Of a DNA stretch of 17,059 nt, positions 1 through 8,045 are shown one piece after another (within the stretch, counting starts at the first letter, position 1; each line of letters begins with the position of its first letter). The stretch comes from a virus (Duplodnaviria; Heunggongvirae; Uroviricota; Caudoviricetes). A program made the position numbers and the translations under genes. Under the pieces are notes generated by a model that was not told where the DNA came from, did not search any database, and saw only the letters and a list, made by a program, of their open reading frames with translations. The DNA is taken from the IMG/VR virus record IMGVR_UViG_2579778535_000004, positions 1 to 17,059 of that record. One strand, given 5' to 3'.

Positions 1-304
1 CTTCTCCCAAACCAAGGTTTTCGAGAGCCGTTTTCACCGTGCCATCCGATTTGATATCACCAAACGGATTCTTGCGGCTTAACAGCAGCGCACGAAGCGC
101 GGTAAGCAGCTGGTCATGCCGCCCCTTCTCCAGGCTGGCACCGGATGCCTCCACCACGCTGCAGAGTTCTTCCTGCAACATGTCAAAGTAGTCATCATCC
201 AGATCGGTGGCAGGTGTGCCGGTCTGGGGGTTACCACGGGTAAAACCGTTCTTACCCGCGCCGAACTTATCCTTCTGCGCGGTTTTCGTGTCTATACGAT
301 GCAT
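1..304 (-). CDS. Putative phage tail fibre protein, N-terminal part (gene continues beyond the window start)
   Basis: Open frame from ATG (revcomp of 302-304) to position 1, translating [29 protein letters not shown]... A GGAG lies 6 nt upstream of the ATG. The tail-fibre assignment is from remembered similarity only and is unverified. Confidence 0.4.
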   Translation of the reverse strand, partial: MHRIDTKTAQKDKFGAGKNGFTRGNPQTGTPATDLDDDYFDMLQEELCSVVEASGASLEKGRHDQLLTALRALLLSRKNPFGDIKSDGTVKTALENLGLGE

Positions 305-307
305 GGA

Positions 308-649
308 TTACTCCGGATATTTAAAAATTACGTAGGTATGCGAAGGGCAGAGTTTGTTAAGCACACACTCGACAACGGTGTCGCCCCAGATACGCAGTGC
401 GGAATCACAGGGACCGGGTTTATTCAGCGCGTCAATCAGGCGATCGCGCTGGTCAAAGCAGTCATCTCCCACCACATAAGCCGTGATGGACGGGCGGAAA
501 GTGATTTTCCCCAGGTCTTCGGTATAGGGTTTGTCGCGGTTCGGGTATTCGTGCGTTTCCACACGACGACCGGTTCCCGCACTTTCTTCTTCAACCTTAA
601 ACGGCACACCGCGAAATGACGCGTCCTGAAGTCTGTCTTTCCACGTCAT
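308..649 (-). CDS. Mu N-like DNA circularisation protein, N-terminal domain only (truncated, about 113 aa versus about 490 aa in Mu)
   Basis: The track ORF 308..691 contains [19 protein letters not shown]...HEYP, typical of the DNA-circulation N-terminal domain. The likely start is the ATG at 647-649, which has GGAG 6 nt upstream. The stop at 308-310 is followed immediately by the next gene. Confidence 0.5.
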
Positions 650-709
650 ATAAACTCCGTACATAAAAAATCCCACCGGAGTGGGACTCATTAACAGATT
701 AATTTTTCA

Positions 710-2545
710 TTACCTGCCAAAGCGCGTATAGCCAACATCATGGCTGACATCAAAACCGCTGGATCGCGTTTCCATAACCCGCATACCCGGAGGCGAATTC
801 ACAAAAGAGACCTTGATCTCACCATCAACTTTTGGCGCAGAAGCTTTGTTGATCATGAAGGGATTCGGGCCTGTGGCACCGGAGGCGTTGTTTGCCTGAG
901 CCGGATCCACCGCCGGATAAGGAGTGTATCCCCGTGGCGGTATTCCCGTCCCATAAGCATCATAAGCACCCGCGCCCCACTGCGCCGAGTTAATGGCATC
1001 GACCGTGTCACCGGAACTGTCGGTAAACCATTCAATAATCGGCTTCAGCTTGTCCCACATATCCTGAAACCACTTAACAACCGGTCCCCAGTTATTGATC
1101 ACCATCCCCAGCGGCGACCAGGCAAAAACCTTCTTCAGAAGTTCCCAGCCTGCCTCAAAATAAGGACCAATAGTTTCCCAGAGCTTCTTGAAATAAGGTC
1201 CGACAACATCCCAGTTAGTGATAATTAATCCCGCAGCCAGAGCAATCGCCGTCGCAATCATGCCAATCGGCGTCATCGACATGATCCTGCTGACAATACT
1301 GATGGCACCGCCCACGCCCATCAATCCCAGTTTCAGAATCGCAAGACCGGCAGCAAGCCCGACGACGCCGCGAATAACCCGGGGATTTTCATCCGCAAAC
1401 TTCGTGAATTTCTCCCCCAACTCCCCCAGCCACTGCGTGATGTTCTTAGCGTCACCAGAAAATGCGCCGCCAATAGCCGCAAGGCCGTTAGTTGCGGTCC
1501 CCGTCATTGCCTCCCACAGGTTGGACAGCGTACCAAGCTGGGCCTGAACACGTTTATTCAGGCTGGCCTGTTTATTCATCTTCTGCTGGATCTGATCGTA
1601 GCCATCCTTTCCTTTATCGATCAGCGCATTGACCACCTGAAGGGTTTCGGCATCATCACCAAATATTGCCTTAAGTACACCGGTTCGCTTAACGTCGGTC
1701 AGTTTTCGCAGCTTTGCCAGTTGCCTGAACATGTTATCAAGACCGCCAAAACTCCCTTTGCCATCAGTAAAATCGAGCTGTACCCCGAGTTTCTGGCGGG
1801 CCATGATTTTATTGACGTCCCTGATTTTCTTAACGCTTAATCCGGACTGGATAACTTTTCGCAGGGCATTACCTGCCGACTCCCCGTTCATCCCCATTTG
1901 ATCCATCATGACACTGATGGGGGCAAGACTCTGTGCAGCCTGAAGACCGTCCTTGTTCACCATCTTCAGAACAGAGCTGGTTTTAGTGAAGAATGACAAC
2001 ATGTTGGTGTCGTCAACGCCCAGATAAAACGCCTTCTGAATTGTGTCGAACAGCCCCATCATGTCTTCTGAGGCCGTTCCGGTAGCATCCTGCATCTTTG
2101 CAGCAAACTCAGCAGCCGCTTCCGGTGTTTTTTTCAGTTGTACCGCAAGATAAGCTGTCGCTTTACCCACACCACCAAGAATGTTTTCTGCCGGGATCCC
2201 CTGACGCACCAGCATCTGCATCATGTTCTGGAAATCAGCCGTTGTACCGGGTAGCTGGTTACCCAGGCCAATAGCCAGTTTATTGATGTCCTGAAAGCTC
2301 TTTCCAACCTCGCCGTTCGCATCCATCATGGCGACTTTCAGCCCGGTGGCGGCGTTTTCCTGATCGGCATAAGATTTCAGGGAAAGCGTCAGACCTGCTG
2401 CCAGTCCGCCACCAAGCGCCAGCCCACCCTGTGACGCTTCTTCCGCCTGGCGTTTAAATCCCCGGATTTTCTTTTGCATTTTCGACAGCGCGGGAGAAAG
2501 CCTGTCGACACCGGTGATCAACGCCTTAAGCTCAAATTCAGCCAT
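710..2545 (-). CDS. Tail tape measure protein
   Basis: 611-aa ORF directly downstream of the chaperone pair. It has an Ala/Gly/Gln-rich helical N-terminal half and hydrophobic, Trp-rich C-terminal segments typical of tape measure proteins. Confidence 0.85.
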   Translation of the reverse strand: MAEFELKALITGVDRLSPALSKMQKKIRGFKRQAEEASQGGLALGGGLAAGLTLSLKSYADQENAATGLKVAMMDANGEVGKSFQDINKLAIGLGNQLPGTTADFQNMMQMLVRQGIPAENILGGVGKATAYLAVQLKKTPEAAAEFAAKMQDATGTASEDMMGLFDTIQKAFYLGVDDTNMLSFFTKTSSVLKMVNKDGLQAAQSLAPISVMMDQMGMNGESAGNALRKVIQSGLSVKKIRDVNKIMARQKLGVQLDFTDGKGSFGGLDNMFRQLAKLRKLTDVKRTGVLKAIFGDDAETLQVVNALIDKGKDGYDQIQQKMNKQASLNKRVQAQLGTLSNLWEAMTGTATNGLAAIGGAFSGDAKNITQWLGELGEKFTKFADENPRVIRGVVGLAAGLAILKLGLMGVGGAISIVSRIMSMTPIGMIATAIALAAGLIITNWDVVGPYFKKLWETIGPYFEAGWELLKKVFAWSPLGMVINNWGPVVKWFQDMWDKLKPIIEWFTDSSGDTVDAINSAQWGAGAYDAYGTGIPPRGYTPYPAVDPAQANNASGATGPNPFMINKASAPKVDGEIKVSFVNSPPGMRVMETRSSGFDVSHDVGYTRFGR

Positions 2546-2956
2546 GTGTGCGTTTCTCCTGCTCTATCCTGTTTGCCTGACTGACCAGTAAGGGAATTTC
2601 ACTGATCGGCATATTCAGCAATTCGAAAGGATTAATGCGCCAGTAACTGGCGCAGTCAAAGAAGCGATCAGTGAGGTATTCAGCCGTCAGGCCTGGAGGA
2701 AAAAACCAGCCACAAGCCACGCCGCTGCATTCAGGTCTGCCGGAGACATCTGGTCGACAGAGCTTTGCGGCACTTTCGCCAGCCGCACAATGTATTTCGA
2801 TACCACATGCGCCAGAAGTCTGACGGACTCATCCTGATTCATCTGGTAGGGATACCCCAGCTCGCGGACATCTTTCCCGGTGGGCTCATCAAACTCCAGT
2901 ACGGAGAGTGTCTCGCCATGAGCGGTAATCGGTTTCTTTAACTCAAGCTCTTTCAT
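2538..2956 (-). CDS. Tail assembly chaperone long form made by programmed -1 frameshift
   Basis: The -1 frame from the slippery site (plus-strand A-run 2701-2706) stays open to the stop at 2538-2540 and matches the C-terminal 55 aa of track ORF 2538..2720 (FFPPGLTAEYL...). The product ends 8 nt inside the tape-measure start. This is the arrangement conserved in phage tail chaperone genes. Confidence 0.55.
2687..2956 (-). CDS. Tail assembly chaperone (short product)
   Basis: 89-aa ORF between the tube and tape-measure genes. Its start overlaps the tube stop as TAATG. It ends just after a T TTT TTC slippery run. Confidence 0.75.
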   Translation of the reverse strand: MKELELKKPITAHGETLSVLEFDEPTGKDVRELGYPYQMNQDESVRLLAHVVSKYIVRLAKVPQSSVDQMSPADLNAAAWLVAGFFLQA

Positions 2957-3312
2957 TACTGGTAATCCCCTTCTTCACCGTGGAACTCAAGATCAACCGT
3001 CCCTTCTTCGGCATTATGGTTTGCTTCGCCGTGCAGCCAGGCAGACGACAGTACATAGACCTGACCGTTCGCCAGCTCGGCTGTGATGGTCATCTCATCA
3101 GACGAGGTGATTTTGCTCACCGGAAAATTCTTCGGCACCTTGAAGGTCCCTTTAACATAAGGCGCACGGTGAGTTTCCTTGCGGTCCACTGAACCGTCCA
3201 GGCCGATGATGTCATCATTGACCGTCCTGTTCATGGGCACCTCAATGCCGCCGGTCAGCGATAGCTGCTGACCGTCAATTTTGAAATAACAGGTTCCCCC
3301 GATACGGGCCAT
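2956..3312 (-). CDS. Tail tube protein (Mu gpM-like)
   Basis: 118-aa ORF placed immediately upstream of the chaperone and tape-measure genes. It has an AGGAG ribosome-binding site, and an upstream reading frame ends TAATG on its start. Confidence 0.65.
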   Translation of the reverse strand: MARIGGTCYFKIDGQQLSLTGGIEVPMNRTVNDDIIGLDGSVDRKETHRAPYVKGTFKVPKNFPVSKITSSDEMTITAELANGQVYVLSSAWLHGEANHNAEEGTVDLEFHGEEGDYQ

Positions 3313-3583
3313 TATGCGGACTCCTCTGAATACTGAAGACGGAACTGGTTAACCACGGCAAAGACACGCAACTGGTTAACATAGTCAGGCGGGAACAGCG
3401 TGTTCAGGCGGTTCGGATCGCTGGCATCACGCTCCACAACCAGGTACTGCTTAAAAAGTTCGTAGTTTTCCACGATCCCCGCACGCTCAAGCTGACGGTA
3501 GCGATGGTGTATTGAGGCTGGCTATCTTCCTTCGCGAAGGATGCAAGGTCTTCAAACTGCTTAGCTGTAAGAACCACTGTCAT
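3313..3583 (-). pseudogene. Gene remnant read in two frames, possibly the 3' end of a tail sheath gene at a deletion junction
   Basis: Minus-strand ATG at 3583 opens a 59-codon frame (MTVVLTAKQFEDLASFAKEDSQPQYT...) that stops at 3404. A second frame, open from about 3521, carries protein-like sequence (...ELFKQYLVVERDASDPNRLNTLFPPDYVNQLRVFAVVNQFRLQYSEESA) and ends TAATG on the tube start, but has no ATG. Confidence 0.3.
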
Positions 3584-3595
3584 ACCTCTGTCGTT

Positions 3596-3619
3596 AAAAA
3601 ACCTCGCTATTGCGAGGTT
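3596..3619 (-). terminator. Intrinsic terminator-like hairpin at the end of the lysis cassette
   Basis: Minus strand reads AACCTCGC-AATA-GCGAGGTT followed by TTTT. The Rz1 stop codon lies in the loop. Confidence 0.45.
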
Positions 3620-3864
3620 CGCGATTGCTCAATCGTTCGGATGTCCGCTTTATCTCTGTTACACTGCCCCAGCGCCAACAACAAGCTGACATTCAAATCC
3701 AAACTGCCTCCATAGGTCAGCGGCTCAGGAATAGCTGGTTGCAGTGTTTCAGTGGTCAGATTCGCCGGTAATGGCACCGCTGGAACTGGCACGTAAACTG
3801 TCCGCGTACTTCCGCAACCGGTCAGCAGCGGCAGCAGGCACAGCACGTGAAGCACAATCATCAT
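3607..3864 (-). CDS. o-spanin (Rz1-like outer-membrane lipoprotein)
   Basis: Alternate frame beginning inside the Rz gene: MMIVLHVLCLLPLLTGC with an LTGC lipobox, then a proline-rich stretch. About 38 codons are embedded in Rz and the frame runs on past the Rz stop. Confidence 0.6.
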   Translation of the reverse strand: MMIVLHVLCLLPLLTGCGSTRTVYVPVPAVPLPANLTTETLQPAIPEPLTYGGSLDLNVSLLLALGQCNRDKADIRTIEQSRTSQ

Positions 3865-4141
3865 CCGCAACAGCCATTTTGATATCTTCCTGGGTTCTCT
3901 GTGACTCCAGTGTGCTCTGCTGTTTTGCATGCTGGTTAGCCTCCAGTACTGTATTGACGATTTGCAGTGATTGCAGGACGTTATTGGTAATGGCAGTTGC
4001 CGATTTGGCATTTTGTACAGCCTCATCAGCACGTTTCTTTTCGTGCTGATATTTGCTGTAGTAGTAGTTGGCTGACCAGATGAAAGAACTGACGACAGTA
4101 AAAAGGAAAGCAGCGATAACCAGCTTATAGCTTAACTTCAT
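3749..4141 (-). CDS. i-spanin (Rz-like)
   Basis: 130-aa ORF with an N-terminal transmembrane helix (LVIAAFLFTVVSSFIW) and a charged, helical remainder. It starts within the 3' end of the endolysin gene. Confidence 0.7.
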   Translation of the reverse strand: MKLSYKLVIAAFLFTVVSSFIWSANYYYSKYQHEKKRADEAVQNAKSATAITNNVLQSLQIVNTVLEANQHAKQQSTLESQRTQEDIKMAVADDDCASRAVPAAAADRLRKYADSLRASSSGAITGESDH

Positions 4142-4601
4142 TTACCACCCCACCAGCCTCTTTAAATCGGGCAATCAGGTCACCGATTTTATGTTCATAC
4201 TGACCGTAACCTGCACCAGGTAACGACGCCCAGATATTGCTGCACCGGTCGATTGCCTGACGGATATCGCCGCGATCAATCATCGGTAAAGCACCTCGCT
4301 CTTTAATCTGCTGCAATGCCACTGCGTCCTGGCTTTTGGGGGAGAAGTCTTTCAGAGCAAGCTGTTTACGGTATGCATCCCACCAACGGGAAAGAAGCTG
4401 GTATCGCCCGGCAGCCGTTGATTTGAGTTTTGGGTTCAGCGTGACAAGTTTGCGAGGATGATCGGAGTAATCAGTGAACAGTTCGCCTCCCACAATAACG
4501 TCATAACCGTGGTTACATGTCGGTTGCCGTCCGTTATCAGTTCCTTCTGACCATGCCACCATATCGAGGAAAGCTTTACGCTGGGAATTTAGTACCTGCA
4601 T
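4125..4601 (-). CDS. R: Endolysin, lambda R-like lytic transglycosylase
   Basis: The 158-aa translation is close to identical to lambda R as I remember it (NSQRKAFLDMVAWSEGTDNGRQ...GYDVIVGGELFTDYSDHPR...DRCSNIWASLPGAGYGQ). Confidence 0.9.
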   Translation of the reverse strand: MQVLNSQRKAFLDMVAWSEGTDNGRQPTCNHGYDVIVGGELFTDYSDHPRKLVTLNPKLKSTAAGRYQLLSRWWDAYRKQLALKDFSPKSQDAVALQQIKERGALPMIDRGDIRQAIDRCSNIWASLPGAGYGQYEHKIGDLIARFKEAGGVVNEVKL

Positions 4602-4604
4602 AAA

Positions 4605-4931
4605 TTACTCCTTAGAGCCACCAAACTTATTACCGATTACTCTCATTGCAGCCCCACGAATAGCATCGACACCGATCAACCCAACGCCACCACCAATGGC
4701 AACAGAAAGCGATTTAGGCCATCCGACATACTCAAGAGCGGATGCAAAAGTCAGCGTCAGAGCGCCACAGAGTAGAATTTCGAGTGTTTTTCGCTTCCAG
4801 CCACCACCACCGCCAAAATAGGCAATGCGCAAACCAGCCATAACAATCGACATAATCACTGCGCCCAGCGGTGTGTCTCCACGCCACCAGCTCTGGACCA
4901 ACTCCAGCCAGGTATTTGGGTTATGAGGCAT
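4605..4931 (-). CDS. Holin
   Basis: 108-aa ORF immediately upstream of the endolysin. It has two to three hydrophobic helices and a charged C-terminus, with GAGGTGAGAG upstream of the ATG. Confidence 0.7.
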   Translation of the reverse strand: MPHNPNTWLELVQSWWRGDTPLGAVIMSIVMAGLRIAYFGGGGGWKRKTLEILLCGALTLTFASALEYVGWPKSLSVAIGGGVGLIGVDAIRGAAMRVIGNKFGGSKE

Positions 4932-5082
4932 TTGTAGTTATCTCTCACCTCGCTGATACAGCAGGTGCAAATTGAGGAAACATCATGTACCGCAAATCAG
5001 AAGCGGAAACGTCAAAGAAGCCGAGTCAATGGATAACTGCGGGATAGACCAGGCCCAACGAATCCCTAGGCCCAGAAACGAC

Positions 5083-5105
5083 AAAACCCGCTCGACGGCG
5101 GGTTT
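5083..5105 (-). terminator. Perfect 8-bp-stem hairpin, possible tR'-like terminator of the late leader
   Basis: AAACCCGC-6 nt loop-GCGGGTTT. On the minus strand the stem is followed by TTTTGTCGTTTCT. It sits between the cassette and the holin. Confidence 0.3.
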
Positions 5106-5151
5106 AAGCTGTGTGGCGAAGTAACCACTCTTAACAGATTACAATGATTTT

Positions 5152-5179
5152 TGCGTACGCGTTAGCATTTTCGTAAAAT
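5152..5179 (+). promoter_or_regulatory. Candidate sigma70 promoter for the nuclease-methyltransferase cassette
   Basis: TTGCGT at 5152-5157, a 16-nt spacer, then TAAAAT at 5174-5179, about 30 nt upstream of the ATG at 5211. Found by eye only. Confidence 0.25.
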
Positions 5180-5210
5180 ACATTACCTTGCAACCATTTC
5201 AGTATAAAAA

Positions 5211-7001
5211 ATGAGCACAGAATTAAAACTAAAGAAAATTATGGCATCGTCTAAAATTGAGCCATTTATTAGACATATTCGTTTTCCTTTTTTTAAAAAC
5301 CTTGCAGAGGGTAGCAAGATTGATTTTGAGTATCCAATTACAGCATTAGTTGGTCAAAACGGAACCAATAAAAGTTCTGTTTTAAGAGCCCTATTCGGTT
5401 CTCCAAACAACTATTCTCTGGGTAGCTTATGGTTTTCTACAGATGTAGATGAGATTAAAGATGGTGGTCGTTCTAGATTTATTTATGGATATTATGACAA
5501 AGCTACTGATTCAATTGTTGAAGTAATTAAAACTCGAATCTCTAAAGAAAATGATCCTGATTACTGGGAACCATCCAGACCATTAAAATCCGACAACATG
5601 GCTCCAATGCCTAGTACAACAATCTCAACCAATCAACTAAGGACTAGGTGGAAAGCTATTGACAAAAATGTAATATATTTAGATTTCAGAGCAACTATCA
5701 GTGCATTTGATAAGTTCTTTTATCACTCTGATTTTCATACATACCCTAAGAAAGATTATCTTAGAAAACGCAGTCAGATGCTAAAAGACATTATAGATAA
5801 CGATCTTAAAAAATATCAACCTCATAAAGGAAAAAAAGACAAGCTATTTGTTAACACTTTATTAGAAAAAAGTAAGGTAGAGGCAATCAGCAAGATTTTA
5901 GGTCGCAAATACACAAGCATCCGCCTTATTGAACATAGCTTATTCACTAATGACAAAGCTCCCACAATTATTCTTCAATCAGAAAACTTAAAATATTCTG
6001 AAGCTTTTGCAGGCAGTGGGGAATTTGCTGTATCTATATTAGTGCATAAACTAATGGATAGCCCTGATGCATCTTTAATTCTGCTAGATGAACCTGAAGT
6101 ATCACTTCACCCTTCTGCTCAATGTCAATTGATGGAATTTTTATCAGAACAAGCACTTAAAAAGAAACATCAAATTGTCATATCCACACATTCATCAACA
6201 ATAGTAAAAGACTTGCCTAAAAATGCCATAAAATTATTCTGTCTGAATGATAAAATAGGAAAGGTTGATGTTCTTCAAAATGTCAGTCCAGAAGAATCTT
6301 TCTTTATTCTTGGTGAACGCATTGATAAAAGAACCGTTATTGTAGAAGATCGGTTAGCGAAGAGGTTTGTAGAAAAGGCGCTTAAAGCGGGTGGTGAAGC
6401 ATTATTAAACTCCTTCGAAGTAAAACATGTTCCTGGAGGAGCGGGAAGTATTCTTCAAACTTTGGCTGTGCCTTTATGTGTTGCCAATGTTAAAAACGTT
6501 ATTTTCTTATTAGATGGTGACCAATCGAGAACTGATGATTATCCAACTTCTGATTCCATACCAGAAAATCAAAACACAAACCTTCAAAACATCATAAAAA
6601 AAATAACCAATCAAGATATAAAATTTAGTTGTGATGGTTCTAATGGCTCATCAAATAACAATCAAAAATACAAAATGCAAAGAAATTTTATCGATTTCAT
6701 CCACGATAAAATTGCTTTTCTTCCTGTTTATACTCCTGAAGCATTTCTTATTGAGAATGTTCATGGTGATTATAAAGAATATAAAGATCAAATCCCCAAA
6801 AACATTCAAGATGCTAAAGAAATCACCAAAGAACTTTGTAAGTTAGACACAGGGTTGGAGAACGTTACCAGTGACGATATCTTTGAAACACAAATCAGAA
6901 TTCTTAATAAAATACCAAATAATCATGAAGTGTTAACAAAAACTCGAGAGTTGCTGCAAATCTTTTTAGATAATGATACTATCAGACCAAGAGTGAGGTA
7001 G
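5211..7001 (+). CDS. Predicted OLD/Gabija-GajA-like nuclease: N-terminal ABC-type ATPase fused to a C-terminal TOPRIM domain
   Basis: 596-aa ORF with a P-loop LVGQNGTNKSS, Walker B ILLDEPEVSLHP, a STHS H-loop-like motif, and a C-terminal TOPRIM pattern (TVIVEDRLAKRF...NVIFLLDGDQS, about 60 aa apart). Hand counts give about 27-30% GC here versus about 45-55% in flanking lines. Confidence 0.65.
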   Translation: MSTELKLKKIMASSKIEPFIRHIRFPFFKNLAEGSKIDFEYPITALVGQNGTNKSSVLRALFGSPNNYSLGSLWFSTDVDEIKDGGRSRFIYGYYDKATDSIVEVIKTRISKENDPDYWEPSRPLKSDNMAPMPSTTISTNQLRTRWKAIDKNVIYLDFRATISAFDKFFYHSDFHTYPKKDYLRKRSQMLKDIIDNDLKKYQPHKGKKDKLFVNTLLEKSKVEAISKILGRKYTSIRLIEHSLFTNDKAPTIILQSENLKYSEAFAGSGEFAVSILVHKLMDSPDASLILLDEPEVSLHPSAQCQLMEFLSEQALKKKHQIVISTHSSTIVKDLPKNAIKLFCLNDKIGKVDVLQNVSPEESFFILGERIDKRTVIVEDRLAKRFVEKALKAGGEALLNSFEVKHVPGGAGSILQTLAVPLCVANVKNVIFLLDGDQSRTDDYPTSDSIPENQNTNLQNIIKKITNQDIKFSCDGSNGSSNNNQKYKMQRNFIDFIHDKIAFLPVYTPEAFLIENVHGDYKEYKDQIPKNIQDAKEITKELCKLDTGLENVTSDDIFETQIRILNKIPNNHEVLTKTRELLQIFLDNDTIRPRVR

Positions 7002-7004
7002 ATA

Positions 7005-8045
7005 ATGGCTAAAAAGATACACGTTTACGATTTCTTTTCCGGCTGCGGCGGAACCAGTGTAGGCCTAAAAGCGGTGGGAATGGAAATTATTTTCGGTTTA
7101 GATATTGATCTAGACTCCGCTAACACCTTTAAAATGAATAATCCATTTGCACATTTTATCAATGGTGATATCAAAGATACACACGTTGAGGAAATTAAGC
7201 ATCTGGTTTGTGCGTCAACACAAAGCAAAGCTCTAACCCTATTTTGTGGTTGTGCTCCATGTCAACCATTCTCGAAACAAAATAAAATACGGAACGAGGA
7301 TGATCCGAGAAAAGATCTGCTTACTGAGTTTGCACGGTTTGTCTCTTATTATACGCCAGACTTTGTACTGGTAGAGAATGTACCAGGAATCCAAAATGTC
7401 GATATTAACAATGGAAATTTCCAGAAATTTCTTGAGATTTTAGCACATCATCACTACAACGTTGATTTTGGTGTGATTCCTGCGTTGTGGTTCGGGGTTC
7501 CTCAAACACGTGAACGTTTTGTTTTACTGGCGTCAAAACACACGAATATTAAGCTTCCATCACAAACTCATGATGGGTTAAAAACTCCGTATGCAACTGT
7601 CAGAGACTGGATCGGCGGATTACCTCCTATTGCTGCCGGTGAAACTCATAAAGATGTTATGGATCATACAGCAGCCAAACTATCTGATCTAAATATTAAA
7701 CGTATTAAAGCGACTCCTGAGGGAAAAGGTAGAGAATCTTGGCCTGAAGAACTTATACTAAAATGCCATAAAAAATATAAAGGGCATACTGATGTTTATG
7801 GACGGCTTTCTTGGGACAAACCAGCAAGTGGATTAACAACTAGATGTATAAGCTATTCGAATGGACGTTTCGGACATCCAGAGCAAGATAGGGCTATTTC
7901 TGTTAGAGAGGCTGCGTTATTACAGACTTTCCCATTAGACTATTCCTTCACAGGCTCTTTAGTCTCGAAAGCCAAACAGATAGGGAATGCAGTCCCTCCC
8001 AAGATGGCTGAAGCTCTTGGAAGGGCTATCATCGCATCACTTTAA
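7005..8045 (+). CDS. DNA (cytosine-5)-methyltransferase
   Basis: Motif I FSGCGG, motif IV GCAPCQPFS with the catalytic Cys, motif VI LVENVPG, motif VIII PQTRERF, motif X QIGNAVPP, in canonical order. The ATG is 4 nt after the upstream stop, so the two genes are probably co-translated. Confidence 0.9.
   Translation: MAKKIHVYDFFSGCGGTSVGLKAVGMEIIFGLDIDLDSANTFKMNNPFAHFINGDIKDTHVEEIKHLVCASTQSKALTLFCGCAPCQPFSKQNKIRNEDDPRKDLLTEFARFVSYYTPDFVLVENVPGIQNVDINNGNFQKFLEILAHHHYNVDFGVIPALWFGVPQTRERFVLLASKHTNIKLPSQTHDGLKTPYATVRDWIGGLPPIAAGETHKDVMDHTAAKLSDLNIKRIKATPEGKGRESWPEELILKCHKKYKGHTDVYGRLSWDKPASGLTTRCISYSNGRFGHPEQDRAISVREAALLQTFPLDYSFTGSLVSKAKQIGNAVPPKMAEALGRAIIASL

Noticed and set aside
116-619. 167-aa plus-strand ORF
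   Set aside because: It lies antisense to the tail-fibre-like and Mu N-like genes, has no recognisable motifs, and its composition mirrors the coding strand opposite.
740-1547. Plus-strand ORFs of 162 aa and 109 aa (740..1228, 1218..1547) and minus-strand ORF 853..1035
   Set aside because: All lie within the tape-measure gene on the wrong strand or frame. Pro/Arg-rich composition is typical of antisense readout of a GC-rich gene.
2980-3192. 70-aa plus-strand ORF
   Set aside because: Antisense to the tail tube gene.
3512-4049. Plus-strand ORFs 3512..3715 and 3744..4049
   Set aside because: Antisense to the spanin genes and the terminator region, with no ribosome-binding site.
6631-6846. 71-aa plus-strand ORF inside the ATPase-TOPRIM gene
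   Set aside because: Alternate frame of an AT-rich gene, giving low-complexity Lys/Phe/Ile-rich sequence.
7025-7228. 67-aa minus-strand ORF
   Set aside because: Antisense to the well-supported methyltransferase gene.
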